The notes under the pieces: model-generated
Seen by the model: the letters and a program-made list of their open reading frames with translations, nothing else
The model's database searches: none
What the model was told of the DNA's origin: nothing
Shown: one piece after another, positions 42,034-54,827 of the stretch
Numbering within the stretch: the stretch's first letter is position 1
Layout: each line of letters begins with the position of its first letter
Made by a program: the position numbers and the translations under genes
Assembly: GCA_963707985.1 (NCBI GenBank)
Contig: CAVPRW010000047.1
Location: forward strand, 18,382 to 82,381
DNA: 64,000 bases
Origin: an uncultured Nitrospinota bacterium
GTDB lineage: Bacteria > Tectomicrobia > Entotheonellia > J063 > CAVPRW01
Reading direction: 5' to 3'

Positions 42034-43599
42034 TTGCTGAGCTCTCTTTGCTGGGGGATTGTCTTGCAGATCGGCTGGATACAGGGCGTGCAGCGCTGGC
42101 CAATTACGAGCCTGCAGACGAAGGTGACCCTGCTGGTCATTGGCATTGTCGCCGGTGTCCTCGCCCTCTCAACCTTTCTCAATATCAGGGTCTCGGAACA
42201 CGCCTTAGAGCAGGACCTCCGGACGAATGCCATCGCCTTGGCGCGGCAGTTTGCAGCTGGTATTGGCTCGCGGGAGGAGTTAAATAATCCAACAACGCTC
42301 CAGGTCGACATTGCCCAAGTCATGGAAGACCGTCCTAGTATTCTGGGGGTGGAGGTCTATGTCATGGCTGATGGCGTGCCGCACTTCGTCACCTCTCTCG
42401 ATGCAGAGGTCCAGACCAACCCTGCTCCGGAGGTTTTCCAGGTAGCCCAGGACAATCATCCCATGGCGGTGCAACGGCAGGGACGAACAGGTCGCCAATG
42501 GGATGCTATCGTGCCCGTGCACCTGAACGGCAGCTTCGCGGGAGTGGTTCGGCTCCAGCTCAGCCTGCGAGAGGCCGATCGCCTCGCTGGTCGAGAGCGG
42601 CGCCAGGCCGTGCTCATCATGGGGGCCTCGACAGTGGCCATCGTCCTCTTGATGAGCATCTTTCTCCAGCAGACGTTACACCGGCGGCTCCAGAACCTGA
42701 TCACCACGATGGCCAAGACTGAAGCAGGGGATCTCGCCGGAGAAGCCAGCAGCCATACCAAGGATGAACTCGGGCGATTGGCCGACAGCTTCAATCGCAT
42801 GCTCTACCGGATTCGCAACTTCAACAGTGAGCTCCAGGAAAAAGTGGCTCAGGCCACCGCCGAATTACGTGACCTGAATGGGAAGCTCTACGAGGCCCGG
42901 CGGGAGATGGGCCGCCTTGAGCGGCTAGCCGCCGTGGGGGAGGTGGCCGCGATGGTCGCGCATGAGGTCGGGACTCCGTTGACCTCAGTCTCAGGACACC
43001 TCCAACTGCTGGCTGAAGAGGTCCAGGAGCCACGTGTCAAGGAGCGGCTGAGTGTGATCGAGAGGCACATTGAACGCGCCATCACGACCATTCAGGAATT
43101 TCTGGATGCGGCTCGCTTCCCAGCACCGAACTGCCATCTGATCCAGGTCAATGCCTTGATTCATGAAGTGTTGGCCCTAGCCTCTGCGGGGATTCGCCGC
43201 CAGCGTGGGATTCAGGTGGTGACAGAGTTGAGCCCAGAGCTTCCGGAGGTCTTCGCAGATGGCAATCAGCTCCGCGAGGTCTTGCTCAACCTCGTAACAA
43301 ATGCCCTCGACGCCATGCCAGAGGGTGGACAAGTGTCCATCCGCACACGACCTATTTATGCTGCGGAGGGGTTGGCATGCGTCCAGGTGCAAATCGCCGA
43401 TACGGGGCTAGGCATTTCGCCGGCAGACCTGCACAGGGTCTTCGACCCCTTCTTCACCACCAAGGGGCCTGGACAGGGGACAGGGCTGGGACTTGCCGTC
43501 TGCCAGCGCATCGTCAAAGCTCACAAGGGGTCTATTGAGGTGCAGAGCGAGCAGGGACAAGGGACCATTGTTGTCGTGACTCTGCCCGGACGGGATTAA
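42034..43599 (+). CDS. HAMP sensor histidine kinase (start uncertain)
   Basis: Two TM segments, HAMP DELGRLADSFNRM, AHEVGTPL, FFTTK, GTGLGL. Confidence 0.9.
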   Translation: MLSSLCWGIVLQIGWIQGVQRWPITSLQTKVTLLVIGIVAGVLALSTFLNIRVSEHALEQDLRTNAIALARQFAAGIGSREELNNPTTLQVDIAQVMEDRPSILGVEVYVMADGVPHFVTSLDAEVQTNPAPEVFQVAQDNHPMAVQRQGRTGRQWDAIVPVHLNGSFAGVVRLQLSLREADRLAGRERRQAVLIMGASTVAIVLLMSIFLQQTLHRRLQNLITTMAKTEAGDLAGEASSHTKDELGRLADSFNRMLYRIRNFNSELQEKVAQATAELRDLNGKLYEARREMGRLERLAAVGEVAAMVAHEVGTPLTSVSGHLQLLAEEVQEPRVKERLSVIERHIERAITTIQEFLDAARFPAPNCHLIQVNALIHEVLALASAGIRRQRGIQVVTELSPELPEVFADGNQLREVLLNLVTNALDAMPEGGQVSIRTRPIYAAEGLACVQVQIADTGLGISPADLHRVFDPFFTTKGPGQGTGLGLAVCQRIVKAHKGSIEVQSEQGQGTIVVVTLPGRD

Positions 43600-43601
43600 A
43601 C

Positions 43602-44960
43602 ATGTCTGCCAACGCACATGTCCTCCTCATCGACGACGATCTCGGGACCAGGGATCTTCTCAAAGAGGTTTTGCAGAAGGAAGGGTACACGATCGACGAG
43701 GCCAAAACCGGCCAGGAGGCCCTGACCCAGGCCCGAGCCTTCCCGTTCGATGTCGTCCTGGCCGATCTTCGGCTGCCGGATGTGGACGGGATCGAGGTCC
43801 TTCGCACCCTGCACGCCCTGGATTCCGACCTCCCGGTGATCGTCATGACGGCTTTCGGCAGCATGGAGACGGCCGTAGAGGCCATTCGTGATGGAGCGTA
43901 TGATTACATCAGTAAGCCGTTCAATCTGACGGAGGTGCGTCTGACCGTCCGTCGGGCCTGCGAACGGCGTCACCTCCTGCAGGACAATCGTCGGTTCCAG
44001 CAGGCCCTGCAGGAGAAATATCGGTTCGAAAACATGGTGGGGACGAGCCCGAAGATGGTGGAAGTGTATCGGACCGTAGCCCGTGTCGCTTCAACCAGGA
44101 GCACCATTTTGCTTATTGGCGAGAGCGGAACCGGCAAGGAGCTCATCGCCCGGGCCATCCACTACAATAGCCTGAGAGGAAAGGCACCTTTCGTCGCCGT
44201 GGATTGTGGGGCGCTCCCCGAAGGCCTCCTCGAGAGCGAGCTGTTCGGGCATGAGAAAGGAGCGTTTACGGGGGCCCATGCCTTGAAGAAGGGGCTCTTT
44301 GAAGTCGCCCATGGAGGCACCATATTCTTGGATGAGGTCGGAGACATTGGCCCAACCCTGCAGGCCAAACTTCTCCGGGTCCTCCAGGAGCACGAAGTCC
44401 GTCGTGTCGGTGGAGTCGGGTCGATTCAGATTGATATCCGCGTCATCGCAGCCACCCGTCAGGACCTCGAGGCCCTCGTGAAGAGCGGGAAATTTCGGGA
44501 AGACCTCTTCTATCGCTTAAGCGTGGTGACGATCATTCTGCCGCGACTCAGCGAGCGCAGGGAGGATATCCCCCTGTTGGCCCTGCATTTTCTGCGAAAA
44601 TATGCCTCTGAGGCCGGTAAGGGACTTAGCCATATCGCTCCCGAAGCCGTCGCCCGTCTGTGCCAGTATAACTGGCCGGGGAACGTCCGCGAGTTGGAGC
44701 ATGTCATCGAGCGGGCAGTAGCCCTCACCGCCGATCCCGTCCTCGTCGTTGAAGACCTTCCAACCAAGCTGCAGGAGCTGGCACAGACATCTGACGTCTT
44801 CCCATCGCTTGATGAGATGGAGAAGCGACACCTGCAGCTGGCCCTCGAAAAAGCCGCGGGCAACCGTCGCCAGGCCGCCATCCTCCTGGGTGTGAGTCGC
44901 CGTACCCTGTACCGGATGGCCAAACGACATGGGCTCATCTCGGATAACCTCCATGAGTGA
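43602..44960 (+). CDS. Sigma54-dependent response regulator
   Basis: REC domain; GESGTGKE; GAFTGA; WPGNVRELE; Fis HTH. Confidence 0.95.
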   Translation: MSANAHVLLIDDDLGTRDLLKEVLQKEGYTIDEAKTGQEALTQARAFPFDVVLADLRLPDVDGIEVLRTLHALDSDLPVIVMTAFGSMETAVEAIRDGAYDYISKPFNLTEVRLTVRRACERRHLLQDNRRFQQALQEKYRFENMVGTSPKMVEVYRTVARVASTRSTILLIGESGTGKELIARAIHYNSLRGKAPFVAVDCGALPEGLLESELFGHEKGAFTGAHALKKGLFEVAHGGTIFLDEVGDIGPTLQAKLLRVLQEHEVRRVGGVGSIQIDIRVIAATRQDLEALVKSGKFREDLFYRLSVVTIILPRLSERREDIPLLALHFLRKYASEAGKGLSHIAPEAVARLCQYNWPGNVRELEHVIERAVALTADPVLVVEDLPTKLQELAQTSDVFPSLDEMEKRHLQLALEKAAGNRRQAAILLGVSRRTLYRMAKRHGLISDNLHE

Positions 44961-45173
44961 GCCAAAACGGTACATCCCCCGCCTATCTTGACACTTCGCT
45001 ACGACCGCCCCTTATCCCAGCTTTTGCTCCGACACTCCTCGACCGGTGTGTCAGAAGCGCCCCTCGTCGATTGGCTACACTTTGCCAATCTATTATGACA
45101 CTTCCCCGCTGAAGCGTATTCTCACAGAGGGTTACCACGCTTCTGTTGGGATTATTTCCGTCCCCGTGTGACC

Positions 45174-45188
45174 CGGCATGGAAGTTGT
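45174..45188 (+). promoter_or_regulatory. Probable sigma54 promoter
   Basis: CGGCATGGAAGTTGT (GG-N10-GT variant), very similar to the 40846 site. Confidence 0.55.
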
Positions 45189-45279
45189 ACTAAAGATTCG
45201 TTAGCGAAGTGAGCGGAGAGAAAGGCGTGAGAGCTCAAGATTCGGCCTCCTCCCGCGCTCTCTAGTGGGAGGGTTGGAG

Positions 45280-45699
45280 ATGCCGTGCCAGGAAAGCGAT
45301 CGGACACGAGGGCAACCAGGCTCAGCACGGATTCTCATTGTCGATGATGACGCTGGGAGCCGAGCGCTCTTGGCGGAGGTGTTGAGCCGTCGTGGCTATC
45401 AGATCCAGGAAGCAGCAGACGGGTTCTGTGTCGCGAGGGCTCTGCAGGCCGGCGCTTTCTCCTTCGATGTGGTCGTCCTAGACTGGAAAATGCCTGGTCT
45501 TGACGGCCTCGCAGTGCTTCGGCTGCTGCGGTCTTTTGCCCCGGAAACGCTGGTGCTCTTGATGTCTATGGCGCCAGACGAGCAACTGCGGCGTGAAGCC
45601 ATGAGCCTTGGGGCGATCGAAGTGCTCCGTAAGCCGATCAACTTCGATGCGCTGGCTTCTCTTCTGGAAAGGGTACTCCAGCAGATGAGGACAGAGTGA
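45280..45699 (+). CDS. Stand-alone receiver-domain protein
   Basis: ILIVDDD; LDWKMPGLDG; LRKP. Confidence 0.85.
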   Translation: MPCQESDRTRGQPGSARILIVDDDAGSRALLAEVLSRRGYQIQEAADGFCVARALQAGAFSFDVVVLDWKMPGLDGLAVLRLLRSFAPETLVLLMSMAPDEQLRREAMSLGAIEVLRKPINFDALASLLERVLQQMRTE

Positions 45700-45746
45700 A
45701 CGAGCGGTTAACGAACAAACGTGAAGAAGAGAGGAGGAAGATTCAC

Positions 45747-46127
45747 ATGGGGAAGCGTATTGTCCTGCCGATGGCCGTCCTGATGATGCTCTCATGTACC
45801 GGGCTGAGCTTGGCGCAGCCCACGACCACTGAGCAACCAGGTGACAGCAAGGCGGTTAAGATGGTGCCGGCGGAAATGCCCAAGGAAACCAAGCTGCACC
45901 ATCTTGCTGGCGAGGTAGTAGCTGTGGATCCAACGGCGAAGACGGTGACCATCAAGCACATGGTCAGAGGCCAGCCGAAGGATGCCACCTTCAACGTCGC
46001 TGAGAAAGCTGGCGCTTCGTTGGCCACTCTGCAACCCAACGATCGGGTCAAGCTCACTTACTCCAAGGAACATGGAAGGCTCATGGCTCAATCGATCGTC
46101 GAGACCTACCATAAAGCGAGTAAGTAA
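45747..46127 (+). CDS. Small periplasmic OB-fold (CusF-like) protein
   Basis: RBS GAGGAGG; signal peptide; GEVVAVD..AKTVTIKH...F.V...LATLQPNDRVKLTY. Confidence 0.65.
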   Translation: MGKRIVLPMAVLMMLSCTGLSLAQPTTTEQPGDSKAVKMVPAEMPKETKLHHLAGEVVAVDPTAKTVTIKHMVRGQPKDATFNVAEKAGASLATLQPNDRVKLTYSKEHGRLMAQSIVETYHKASK

Positions 46128-46492
46128 GCGACTGAGCGCGAGTGTTGGCGAACGCGGTTTCGAAAGGGGGTGATGACTGTGAACAAACACCGTGGCAGTG
46201 GCAAGAAGGGCAAGCCCAATAATAAGGGTCAGACAACCCAGACACCGAGTCCTCAGGCGCCTCATGGTGGAATGTCGCCGCAGAAGTAGGGCTGACAGCG
46301 GTTATCAAGCGGGGACTCGTTGCTCTCTCCCGGCTCCGCTTGACCCTGCGGCTTTTCCTCCAATAGGCATCTTGCTCCTGCTTGGGCTTGGAACCGAAAT
46401 CTGTCTCTCGGCAGTCACGTCGCATTTTCTCTGGGTGGTTGTCGGACGATGCGCCATCCGGTTTTCCTGAATACAAAGAAAGGAACCATGAC

Positions 46493-47197
46493 ATGAAGCT
46501 CCGATTCCTCAGCGCCGCAACCCTGCCGCTTCTCTGCCTCCTGGCACTACCAACCTGGGCCGCAGAATACCGCCTGGAGGTCACCGATCTTGATTACCAA
46601 ACCTATGCCGCACACCAGGAGCATTTGGCAAACCTTGAGCAGCGGTTGGATACGCAGAAATTCTCTACCACAGCAGTGATTCCCGGACGCGAGGTACAAG
46701 TGCTCGAGGATCCAGGGTACGGGGCTAAGCCTCCCACCCAGCTGTCGGTGTTGCCCGCCACGAAGCATCAGGCGTGGACGACTTTGGTGTGGAACGGGAA
46801 TCCGGGCGACACGGTGGCCTTTGAAGTGAAGAGCGATATGGCCGCCTGGCAGGAGGTGTGGTGGATCGCGGCCGATACGGGGGAAGGGCTCAAGCAGCTC
46901 ACCCTGAGTGATGTGGCCTCATTCGATCATCAGCGGCCTGAGGTTCCCGAGGTCTCGACGGATTTCGTCGCCAATGCCGTCGACCGCGGCACCTTCCCGC
47001 AATGGCTCGCCCAGCATGCACGGCCGATCGACGGACTGTCGCTGGTGGTCGGACAGGGTGACAACACCGATTACCGTCCCGACAGCGTGTACGCGCTGGT
47101 CAAGCTGCCGCCCGAGCCTCACACCTATAAGCTCGTCATCGCCTGGAGGGACCATAGCAATCGTCAGACCCCAGCCAGGGGAGGGGAGCAGAGCTAG
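46493..47197 (+). CDS. Secreted hypothetical protein
   Basis: Signal peptide ending TWA-A; RBS AAGGA. Confidence 0.65.
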   Translation: MKLRFLSAATLPLLCLLALPTWAAEYRLEVTDLDYQTYAAHQEHLANLEQRLDTQKFSTTAVIPGREVQVLEDPGYGAKPPTQLSVLPATKHQAWTTLVWNGNPGDTVAFEVKSDMAAWQEVWWIAADTGEGLKQLTLSDVASFDHQRPEVPEVSTDFVANAVDRGTFPQWLAQHARPIDGLSLVVGQGDNTDYRPDSVYALVKLPPEPHTYKLVIAWRDHSNRQTPARGGEQS

Positions 47198-47327
47198 GTG
47201 CATAGGCACCGGCACGTGAAGCGTTCACGCGGGCCGGGATCTAGGGGCGAAGAGATCACCTGCACCAGGATTTCGGAGCCCCTGAAGCCACTACATTTTA
47301 GGCTTGTTCTTCAACAAGGTCATCGTC

Positions 47328-48533
47328 ATGACGATCCCGCCAGTAGCCGACACGAAAAGCATATCGACGCGGAGTGAAGCCTCGGCGTGGCCCCGACGCT
47401 GGTGGATTGGGCTGGTAGTGCTCTCTCTCCTATGCATTGCAGTGTATGTGTTCTCGCCCAGGGCAGGGGAGGTGGTAGCACCTGCCGGCCAAGCAGGGCC
47501 GACTCCTCTCTCACGCGCCGTGCCGGTGGTGGCGGCACCGGTGCGGGCTCGCGACGTGGGCGTCTATCTCACCGGGCTCGGAGCGGTCACGCCGCTCAAT
47601 ACCGTCACGGTCAAGAGTCGTGTCGACGGCCAGCTGATGCGCGTCAGGTTTCAGGAGGGTCAACTTGTCCACCAGGGAGATCTGCTAGCCGAAATCGACC
47701 CACGCCCGTTCCAAGCCCAGGTAACCCAGTACGAAGGACAGCTGGCGCGCGATCAGGCCCTCCTGGAGAACGCCAAGATCGACTTGCAACGCTATCAGCT
47801 GCTATGGGCCCAGGATTCCATTCAAAAACAGCAGCTGGATACTCAGGCGTCGTTGGTACGCCAGTATGAAGGCATCGTGAAGAATGATCGGGGGCAGATC
47901 GACAGTGTCAAGCTGCAGCTGATCTACTGCCACATCACTGCACCGATCAGTGGCCGGGTTGGCCTCCGCCTCATGGATCCGGGCAACATCGTGCACGAGA
48001 GCGATGTCAGCGGGCTGGTCATTATCACACAGCTCCAACCGATCGCGGTGGTGTTTACCATCCCCGAGGACAACTTACCGCTTGTCCTTGCCAAGCCTCA
48101 AGAAGGTCGCAACTTGCCTGTCGAGGCCTACGATCGCGAGCGCCAGCGACGGCTTGCCACAGGGTCCTTGCTGACAATCGACAATCAGATCGACCAGAGC
48201 ACTGGTACGGTCCGACTGAAGGCGGTGTTCCCCAATGGAGATAGTGCCCTGTTTCCCAACCAGTTCGTCAATGCACGCCTGCAGCTAGCCGTCCAGCGTG
48301 GAGCATCGGTAGTCCCGGCAGTAGCCATCCAGCGCAGCCCGCGGGGGCCATTCGTGTATGTCGTCACATCCGATCACACTGTCGAGGTGCGCCAGGTCAC
48401 GGTTGGTGTCACCGACGGGGACGATGTCTCGATTGACACGGGTGTGAACGTCGGTGAGCAGGTGGTGGTGGATGGCGCCGACAGGCTTCGCGACGGCAGT
48501 CCAGTGGTATTGCAGGATCGAAGCAACTCATGA
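47328..48533 (+). CDS. mdtA: RND membrane fusion protein MdtA/MuxA
   Basis: [46 protein letters not shown]. Confidence 0.9.
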   Translation: MTIPPVADTKSISTRSEASAWPRRWWIGLVVLSLLCIAVYVFSPRAGEVVAPAGQAGPTPLSRAVPVVAAPVRARDVGVYLTGLGAVTPLNTVTVKSRVDGQLMRVRFQEGQLVHQGDLLAEIDPRPFQAQVTQYEGQLARDQALLENAKIDLQRYQLLWAQDSIQKQQLDTQASLVRQYEGIVKNDRGQIDSVKLQLIYCHITAPISGRVGLRLMDPGNIVHESDVSGLVIITQLQPIAVVFTIPEDNLPLVLAKPQEGRNLPVEAYDRERQRRLATGSLLTIDNQIDQSTGTVRLKAVFPNGDSALFPNQFVNARLQLAVQRGASVVPAVAIQRSPRGPFVYVVTSDHTVEVRQVTVGVTDGDDVSIDTGVNVGEQVVVDGADRLRDGSPVVLQDRSNS

Positions 48534-51500
48534 ATTTGTGCCGTTCGTTCATCCTGCGCCCTGTCGCCACCACCCTGCTGATGGTGGCGATCTTCCTCGG
48601 TGGTGCCCTGGCCTACCACCTGCTGCCGGTCTCCGCTCTGCCCCAGGTGGACTATCCGACTATCGAGGTCCTGACCTTTTATCCGGGGGCCAGTCCCGAG
48701 GTCATGGCGTCTTCGATCACGGCACCACTGGAGCGCCAGTTTGGACAGATGCCCGGCCTGAACCAGATGACCTCGACGAGCGCCAACGGCAACTCGGTCA
48801 TCACCCTACAGTTCACCCTAACGCTCGGGCTTGACGTCGCCGAGCAGGAGGTGCAAGCCGCTATCAATACGGCCCTCACGCTGCTGCCGTCCGACCTGCC
48901 AACACCTCCCGTCTACAGCAAGGTCAACCCGGCAGACACGCCGATCCTCACGCTGGGACTGACGTCGACGACACTGTCGCTACCGCAAGTCGAAGATCTC
49001 GCCGATACTCGGCTGGCCCAAAAAATCGCGCAGGTCCCAGGCGTGGGTCTGGTCAGCATCAGCGGCGGGCAGCGGCCGGCCGTGCGGGTGCAGGCGAACC
49101 CGACGGCACTAGCGGCATATGGCCTGACCCTCGAGGACCTGCGCACAGCGGTGTCGGCCGCGAATGTCAACCAGGCGAAAGGGAGTTTTGACGGTCCCCA
49201 GCAGTCCTCCACCATTGGCGCCAACGACCAGTTGCTAAGGAGTCGGGACTACCGGCCACTGATCATTGCCTATCGCAACAATGCCCCAGTCACGCTCGCC
49301 GATGTTGCTGATGTCGTCGACGAGGCTGAGAATCTGCATCAGGCGGCCTGGATGAATGCTGTGCCGGCGGTGATCCTGAACATCCAGCGGCAACCGGGGG
49401 CTAACGTCATCGCTGTCGTCGACCGCATCAAGCAACTGCTGCCGCAGCTCCGAGCCTCGTTGCCGGCCTCAGTGGATGTGGTAGTGCTCACCGACCGCAC
49501 GGCCACCATCCGCGGATCGGTCGAGGACGTTCAGTTCGAGCTGCTGGTGTCGGTGGCCCTAGTCGTGATGGTCATTTTCCTCTTTCTGCGCAACCTCGCG
49601 GCCACGATTATCCCCGCCGTGGCTGTTCCGTTGTCCCTCGTCGGCACCTTTGGCGCCATGTCGCTCCTGGGATTCAGCCTGAACAATTTGTCATTGATGG
49701 CGTTGACGATCGCCACGGGCTTCGTGGTGGACGACGCCATCGTCATGATCGAGAACATCGCTCGCTACATCGAGCAGGGCGATCCGCCCCTGCAGGCTGC
49801 GTTGAAAGGAGCCGAGCAGATCGGTTTCACCATACTCTCCCTGACCATCTCTCTCATCGCCGTGCTCATCCCGCTGTTGTTCATGGCCGACGTCGTGGGC
49901 CGGCTGTTTCGTGAGTTCGCCATCACCCTCGGCATCACCATCCTCCTCTCGGCCGTTGTATCGCTGACGCTGACGCCGATGCTATGCGCCACGCTCCTGC
50001 ACCACACGCCCCCCGAGCGGCAGGGGCGCGCCTACCGCTGGTCCGAGGGCCTGTTCAACGGCATCATCGAGGGCTACGGGACCACCTTGCGCTGGGTGCT
50101 GGAGCACCAGCCGGCGACCCTGCTGGTAGCAACGGTCACGCTGATCCTGACGGTGTTACTCTACGTCGTGGTGCCGAAGGGATTTTTCCCAATTCAGGAC
50201 ACAGGCGTGATCCTGGGCATCTCCGAAGCGCCACAATCGGTCTCGTTCACGGCGATGGCCATGCGGCAGCGGGCTTTGGCTGCGGTCATTCTCAAGAATC
50301 CAGCCGTGCAGAGCCTGTCGTCGTTCATCGGGGTGGACGGCACCAACGTCACGCTCAACAGCGGGCGCCTCCTCATCAACCTCAAACCCCTGGCTCAGCG
50401 CCAGGTGAGCGCCAGCGACGTCATTCGACAGCTACAACTGGAACTGGCGCAGGTCGAAGGCATCACGCTGTTCATGCAACCCGTACAGGATCTGACGGTC
50501 GAGGACCGTGTCAGCCGCACCCAATACCAGTACAGCATCGAGGATGCGGATGCCGCTGAGCTACATGTCTGGGCACCACGCTTGGTCGACGCTCTACACG
50601 CGCAGCCAGAGCTGAGAGACGTCAGCAGCGACCAGCAGGACCAGGGGCTCGGGACGGCCCTGGCGATAGACCGCACGACGGCGGCGCGGCTAGGGGTTAC
50701 GCCCGCGCTTATCGACGACACACTCTACGATGCTTTCGGTCAGAGGCAAGTGTCGACCATGTTCACGCAGCTGAACCAGTACCGGGTGATCCTGGAGGTC
50801 AAGCCTGATTTTCGGCAGAATATCGAGGGGCTCCGAGACATCTACGTGCGTGGTGCGAGCGACGGGCAAGTGGTGCCACTCAGTGCGGTGACGCGCGCTG
50901 AGGAAACGACGGCGCCGCTCGCGATCGCACGCCAGGGGCAATTTCCGGCCGTGACACTGTCGTTCAATTTGGCGCCAGGGACGGCGCTAGGTGAGGCGGT
51001 ACGCACAATCGAGGCGACGATTCGGCAACTCGGGCTGCCGCCAAGTATCCAGGGCAGTTTCCAAGGGACGGCGCAGGCGTTCCGGGCCTCCCTGGCCAAC
51101 GAACCACTGTTGATCGCAGCGGCTTTGGTGGCCGTCTACCTCGTGCTGGGCGTGCTGTATGAGAGCTACATCCACCCGCTCACCATCCTATCCACGCTAC
51201 CATCAGCCGGAGTAGGGGCCATCCTGGCGTTGCTCATCTGCCGGACTGAGCTGAGCGTCATTGCGCTGATCGGCATCATTCTGTTGATCGGCATCGTCAA
51301 GAAAAACGCCATTATGATGATCGACTTCGCCCTGGAGGCGGAGCGTCAGGCGGGTAAGCGTCCCATCGACGCCATCTACCAGGCCTGCCTGCTACGCTTC
51401 CGGCCGATTATGATGACCACCATGGCCGCACTGCTGGGGGCGCTGCCCCTGGCGCTAGGGACAGGGGTCGGGTCAGAGCTGCGGCGACCGCTCGGCATCT

Positions 51501-51610
51501 CAATCGTTGGTGGCCTGGTCTTCAGCCAACTGCTGACCCTCTATACCACTCCGGTAATCTACCTAGCCTTCGACCGACTGGCGCGACGTGTGCGCGGGAA
51601 ACCGGCATGA
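48530..51610 (+). CDS. mdtB: RND permease MdtB/MuxB
   Basis: [39 protein letters not shown]. Confidence 0.92.
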   Translation: MNLCRSFILRPVATTLLMVAIFLGGALAYHLLPVSALPQVDYPTIEVLTFYPGASPEVMASSITAPLERQFGQMPGLNQMTSTSANGNSVITLQFTLTLGLDVAEQEVQAAINTALTLLPSDLPTPPVYSKVNPADTPILTLGLTSTTLSLPQVEDLADTRLAQKIAQVPGVGLVSISGGQRPAVRVQANPTALAAYGLTLEDLRTAVSAANVNQAKGSFDGPQQSSTIGANDQLLRSRDYRPLIIAYRNNAPVTLADVADVVDEAENLHQAAWMNAVPAVILNIQRQPGANVIAVVDRIKQLLPQLRASLPASVDVVVLTDRTATIRGSVEDVQFELLVSVALVVMVIFLFLRNLAATIIPAVAVPLSLVGTFGAMSLLGFSLNNLSLMALTIATGFVVDDAIVMIENIARYIEQGDPPLQAALKGAEQIGFTILSLTISLIAVLIPLLFMADVVGRLFREFAITLGITILLSAVVSLTLTPMLCATLLHHTPPERQGRAYRWSEGLFNGIIEGYGTTLRWVLEHQPATLLVATVTLILTVLLYVVVPKGFFPIQDTGVILGISEAPQSVSFTAMAMRQRALAAVILKNPAVQSLSSFIGVDGTNVTLNSGRLLINLKPLAQRQVSASDVIRQLQLELAQVEGITLFMQPVQDLTVEDRVSRTQYQYSIEDADAAELHVWAPRLVDALHAQPELRDVSSDQQDQGLGTALAIDRTTAARLGVTPALIDDTLYDAFGQRQVSTMFTQLNQYRVILEVKPDFRQNIEGLRDIYVRGASDGQVVPLSAVTRAEETTAPLAIARQGQFPAVTLSFNLAPGTALGEAVRTIEATIRQLGLPPSIQGSFQGTAQAFRASLANEPLLIAAALVAVYLVLGVLYESYIHPLTILSTLPSAGVGAILALLICRTELSVIALIGIILLIGIVKKNAIMMIDFALEAERQAGKRPIDAIYQACLLRFRPIMMTTMAALLGALPLALGTGVGSELRRPLGISIVGGLVFSQLLTLYTTPVIYLAFDRLARRVRGKPA

Positions 51611-54600
51611 ACATCTCGGCGCTCTTCATCAGAAGGCCTGTGGCCACCATACTCCTGACGCTCGGCCTGGCGCTCACCGGGGTGCTGGCCTTCAGCTTGC
51701 TGCCGGTGTCGCCGTTGCCGCAGGTCGACTTCCCGACGATTCAGATCTCGGCAGCGCTGCCGGGTGCCAACCCAGAGACCATGGCGACGTCGGTCGCCGC
51801 CCCATTGGAACGGCAGTTCGGGCGCATCGCGGGCGTGACCGAGATGACCTCGACCAGCTACCTCGGCTCAACCGCCATCGTCTTGCAGTTCGACCTGAGC
51901 CGCGACATCGACGGCGCCGCCCGTGATGTGCAAGCAGCGATCAATGCTGCCCGGGGCTACCTACCGCCAACGCTCCCCAACAATCCTACCTATCGCAAAG
52001 TGAATCCGGCCGATGCACCGATTCTCATCCTGGCATTGACCTCTGACACGCTTAGCCGCGGCCGGATGTATGATGCGGCATCTAGCATCCTGCAGCAGAA
52101 GCTGTCTGAAGTGCCAGGCGTAGGCCAGGTGAGTGTGGGCGGCGGCTCTTTGCCGGCCGTGCGCGTGGAGCTTAATCCGACCGCACTGAACAAGTATAGT
52201 ATCAGCCTCGAGGACGTCCGCAGTGTGCTGCGCGCCACCAACGTGAATCGGCCCAAGGGACAGTTGGCAGACAGTGCCAGGTCTGCGGAGATCTTAACCA
52301 ACGATCAGTTGCGCACGGCCGAGGACTATGCGCCGGTCATCATCGCCTATCGTTCCGGCCGAGCGGTGCGGCTGGCCGATGTGGGAAGGATCGATGACGC
52401 AGTTGAAGATCTCAGGACGACAGGGTTGGCCAATGGTAAGCCAGCTGTGCTGGTCGTCATCTCTCGGCAGCCGGGTGCGAATATCATCGCCACGGTGGAC
52501 AGTATTCGCGATCTGATGCCTCAGCTGCAAGCCTCGATTCCAGGGGGCATCGATCTATCAGTCGTCCTCGATCGTACCTCGACTATTCGCGCCTCGTTAC
52601 ACGACGTCGAGGTTACGCTGATCATCGCCGTGCTCCTCGTGACCCTGGTGGTGTTCGTCTTCCTGAGAAGTGCCCGAGCTACGATCATCCCAGGCGTGGC
52701 GGTCCCGGTGTCGCTCGTCGGCACCTTTGGCGTGATGTACCTGCTGGGGTATAGCCTGGACAACTTGTCGCTCATGGCGCTCACGATCGCCACGGGATTC
52801 GTCGTCGACGACGCCATCGTCGTCCTCGAGAACATCAGCCGCCACCGAGACGACGGCCTCACGGCACTTGAGGCGGCGCTGCGCGGGGCCACTGAGGTCG
52901 GCTTTACCGTGCTGTCGATCAGCCTTTCGCTCGTAGCGGTATTCATCCCGATCTTGCTTATGGGCGGCATGGTGGGCCGGCTGTTCAGGGAGTTTGCGGT
53001 GACCCTGTCGGTGGCCATCGCGATCTCCCTGCTGGTATCGCTGACGACGACTCCGACGATGTGTGCCATGCTGTTGAAGCCCGCGACGACCCACCGCCAC
53101 GGCCGTCTCGACCGGATGAGCGAGCGTGGATTCGACTGGCTGTTGCACCAGTATGACACGGGCCTGCTCTGGGTTCTGCGACATCGGCGCGTCACGCTCG
53201 GACTGACGCTCGTGACCATTGCCCTCAATGTCTACCTTTTTATTACTATTCCCAAGGGTTTCTTCCCGCAACAAGACACCGGCCGGCTCACTGGCATCAC
53301 CCGGGCGGCGCAGGACATCTCGTTCCAGGCAATGCAGAAGAAGCTGACCGAGGTCGTCGGCATCATCAAGCGTGATCCAGCTGTCGACAATGTGCTGGGC
53401 TTCACGGGCGGTAGTGGTGGCGGTGCTACCACCAACACCGCCCGTCTGTTCATCGCGCTGAAGCCACTCGGGGAACGCCAAGTGAGCGCGGATCAGGTGA
53501 TCGCGAGATTGCGCGGTCGACTAACCAGCGTGCCGGGAGCACCAACGTTCCTCCAGGCCGTCCAGGACCTCAGGGTGGGTGGACAAGTCAGCGCCGCGCA
53601 ATATCAGTACACTCTCCAGGGAGACAATGTCGGAGAGCTCGATGCCTGGGGGCCGCGGGTCGCCCAGCGCCTCCAGAGGCTGCCACTGCTGGTCGATGTC
53701 AACAGCGATCAGCAAGACAAGGGACGCCAGTCCGCACTGGCGATCGACCGCAGCACGGCGTCTCGATTAGGGATCACCCCCCAGCTCATCGATGACACTC
53801 TCTACGACGCCTTCGGCCAGCGGCAGGTATCCACCATGTTCACGCAGCTGAACCAGTATCATGTCGTGATGGAGGTCGAACCACGGTTCTGGCAACGTCC
53901 CGAGACGCTGCGGGACATATACGTGCGCTCGCAAGCTGGGACATTGGTGCCATTGAGCGCGTTCAGCCGCTACGAATCCACCTCCACCGCGCTTGCGGTG
54001 AACCATCAAGCACAATTTCCGTCCGTAACGCTGTCATTCAATCTGGCGCCTGGAGTCGCCCTGGGCGAGGCGGTGAACGCCATCAATGCGGCGACGCAGC
54101 AGCTGGGACTGCCGGCGAGTATCCGAGGCAGCTTCCAGGGGACGGCGCAAGCCTTTCAGTCCTCGCTGGCCAACGAGCCGCTGCTGATCGCGGCGGCGCT
54201 GGCAGCGGTCTATATCGTGCTCGGCGTGCTTTACGAAAGCTACGTCCATCCACTCACCATTCTGTCTACGCTACCCTCGGCAGGCGTGGGGGCCATCCTG
54301 GCGCTCCGCATGTGCCACACGGACTTGAGTGTGATCGCCCTGATCGGCATCATCTTGCTGATTGGCATCGTCAAGAAGAACGCCATCATGATGATCGACT
54401 TCGCACTAGAGGCGGAACATACCGCGGGAAAGAGCTCACAGGAGGCAATCTACCAGGCCTGCCTGTTACGCTTTCGGCCGATCATGATGACGACGATGGC
54501 GGCGCTGCTAGGGGCACTGCCGCTGGCCCTGGGGAAAGGGGTGGGATCAGAGCTGCGCCAGCCGCTCGGCATCGCCATCGTTGGCGGACTAATCGTCAGC

Positions 54601-54816
54601 CAGGTCCTCACGCTCTTCACCACGCCGGTCGTGTATCTCTATCTCGACCACGTCCGGCTTCGATTCGGGCGGATATGGGGACACCTGAAACGGCCGCCGC
54701 CCCCGGACACAGCTCTGCGCCCAACGAGCTCGATGACGCCTCGGGCTGACGTGGGATGCTGCCTGGAACAGACTATCCATCGTCTGAATGAAAGCTGGCC
54801 CCCGAGAGGGCCTTAA
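51607..54816 (+). CDS. mdtC: RND permease MdtC/MuxC
   Basis: [24 protein letters not shown]; second of two tandem RND genes. Confidence 0.92.
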   Translation: MNISALFIRRPVATILLTLGLALTGVLAFSLLPVSPLPQVDFPTIQISAALPGANPETMATSVAAPLERQFGRIAGVTEMTSTSYLGSTAIVLQFDLSRDIDGAARDVQAAINAARGYLPPTLPNNPTYRKVNPADAPILILALTSDTLSRGRMYDAASSILQQKLSEVPGVGQVSVGGGSLPAVRVELNPTALNKYSISLEDVRSVLRATNVNRPKGQLADSARSAEILTNDQLRTAEDYAPVIIAYRSGRAVRLADVGRIDDAVEDLRTTGLANGKPAVLVVISRQPGANIIATVDSIRDLMPQLQASIPGGIDLSVVLDRTSTIRASLHDVEVTLIIAVLLVTLVVFVFLRSARATIIPGVAVPVSLVGTFGVMYLLGYSLDNLSLMALTIATGFVVDDAIVVLENISRHRDDGLTALEAALRGATEVGFTVLSISLSLVAVFIPILLMGGMVGRLFREFAVTLSVAIAISLLVSLTTTPTMCAMLLKPATTHRHGRLDRMSERGFDWLLHQYDTGLLWVLRHRRVTLGLTLVTIALNVYLFITIPKGFFPQQDTGRLTGITRAAQDISFQAMQKKLTEVVGIIKRDPAVDNVLGFTGGSGGGATTNTARLFIALKPLGERQVSADQVIARLRGRLTSVPGAPTFLQAVQDLRVGGQVSAAQYQYTLQGDNVGELDAWGPRVAQRLQRLPLLVDVNSDQQDKGRQSALAIDRSTASRLGITPQLIDDTLYDAFGQRQVSTMFTQLNQYHVVMEVEPRFWQRPETLRDIYVRSQAGTLVPLSAFSRYESTSTALAVNHQAQFPSVTLSFNLAPGVALGEAVNAINAATQQLGLPASIRGSFQGTAQAFQSSLANEPLLIAAALAAVYIVLGVLYESYVHPLTILSTLPSAGVGAILALRMCHTDLSVIALIGIILLIGIVKKNAIMMIDFALEAEHTAGKSSQEAIYQACLLRFRPIMMTTMAALLGALPLALGKGVGSELRQPLGIAIVGGLIVSQVLTLFTTPVVYLYLDHVRLRFGRIWGHLKRPPPPDTALRPTSSMTPRADVGCCLEQTIHRLNESWPPRGP

Positions 54817-54827
54817 GGGACGGATGT

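Noticed and set aside
48530..54816. Strong internal DNA similarity between the two RND genes
   Set aside because: Expected mdtB/mdtC paralogy, not a mobile repeat
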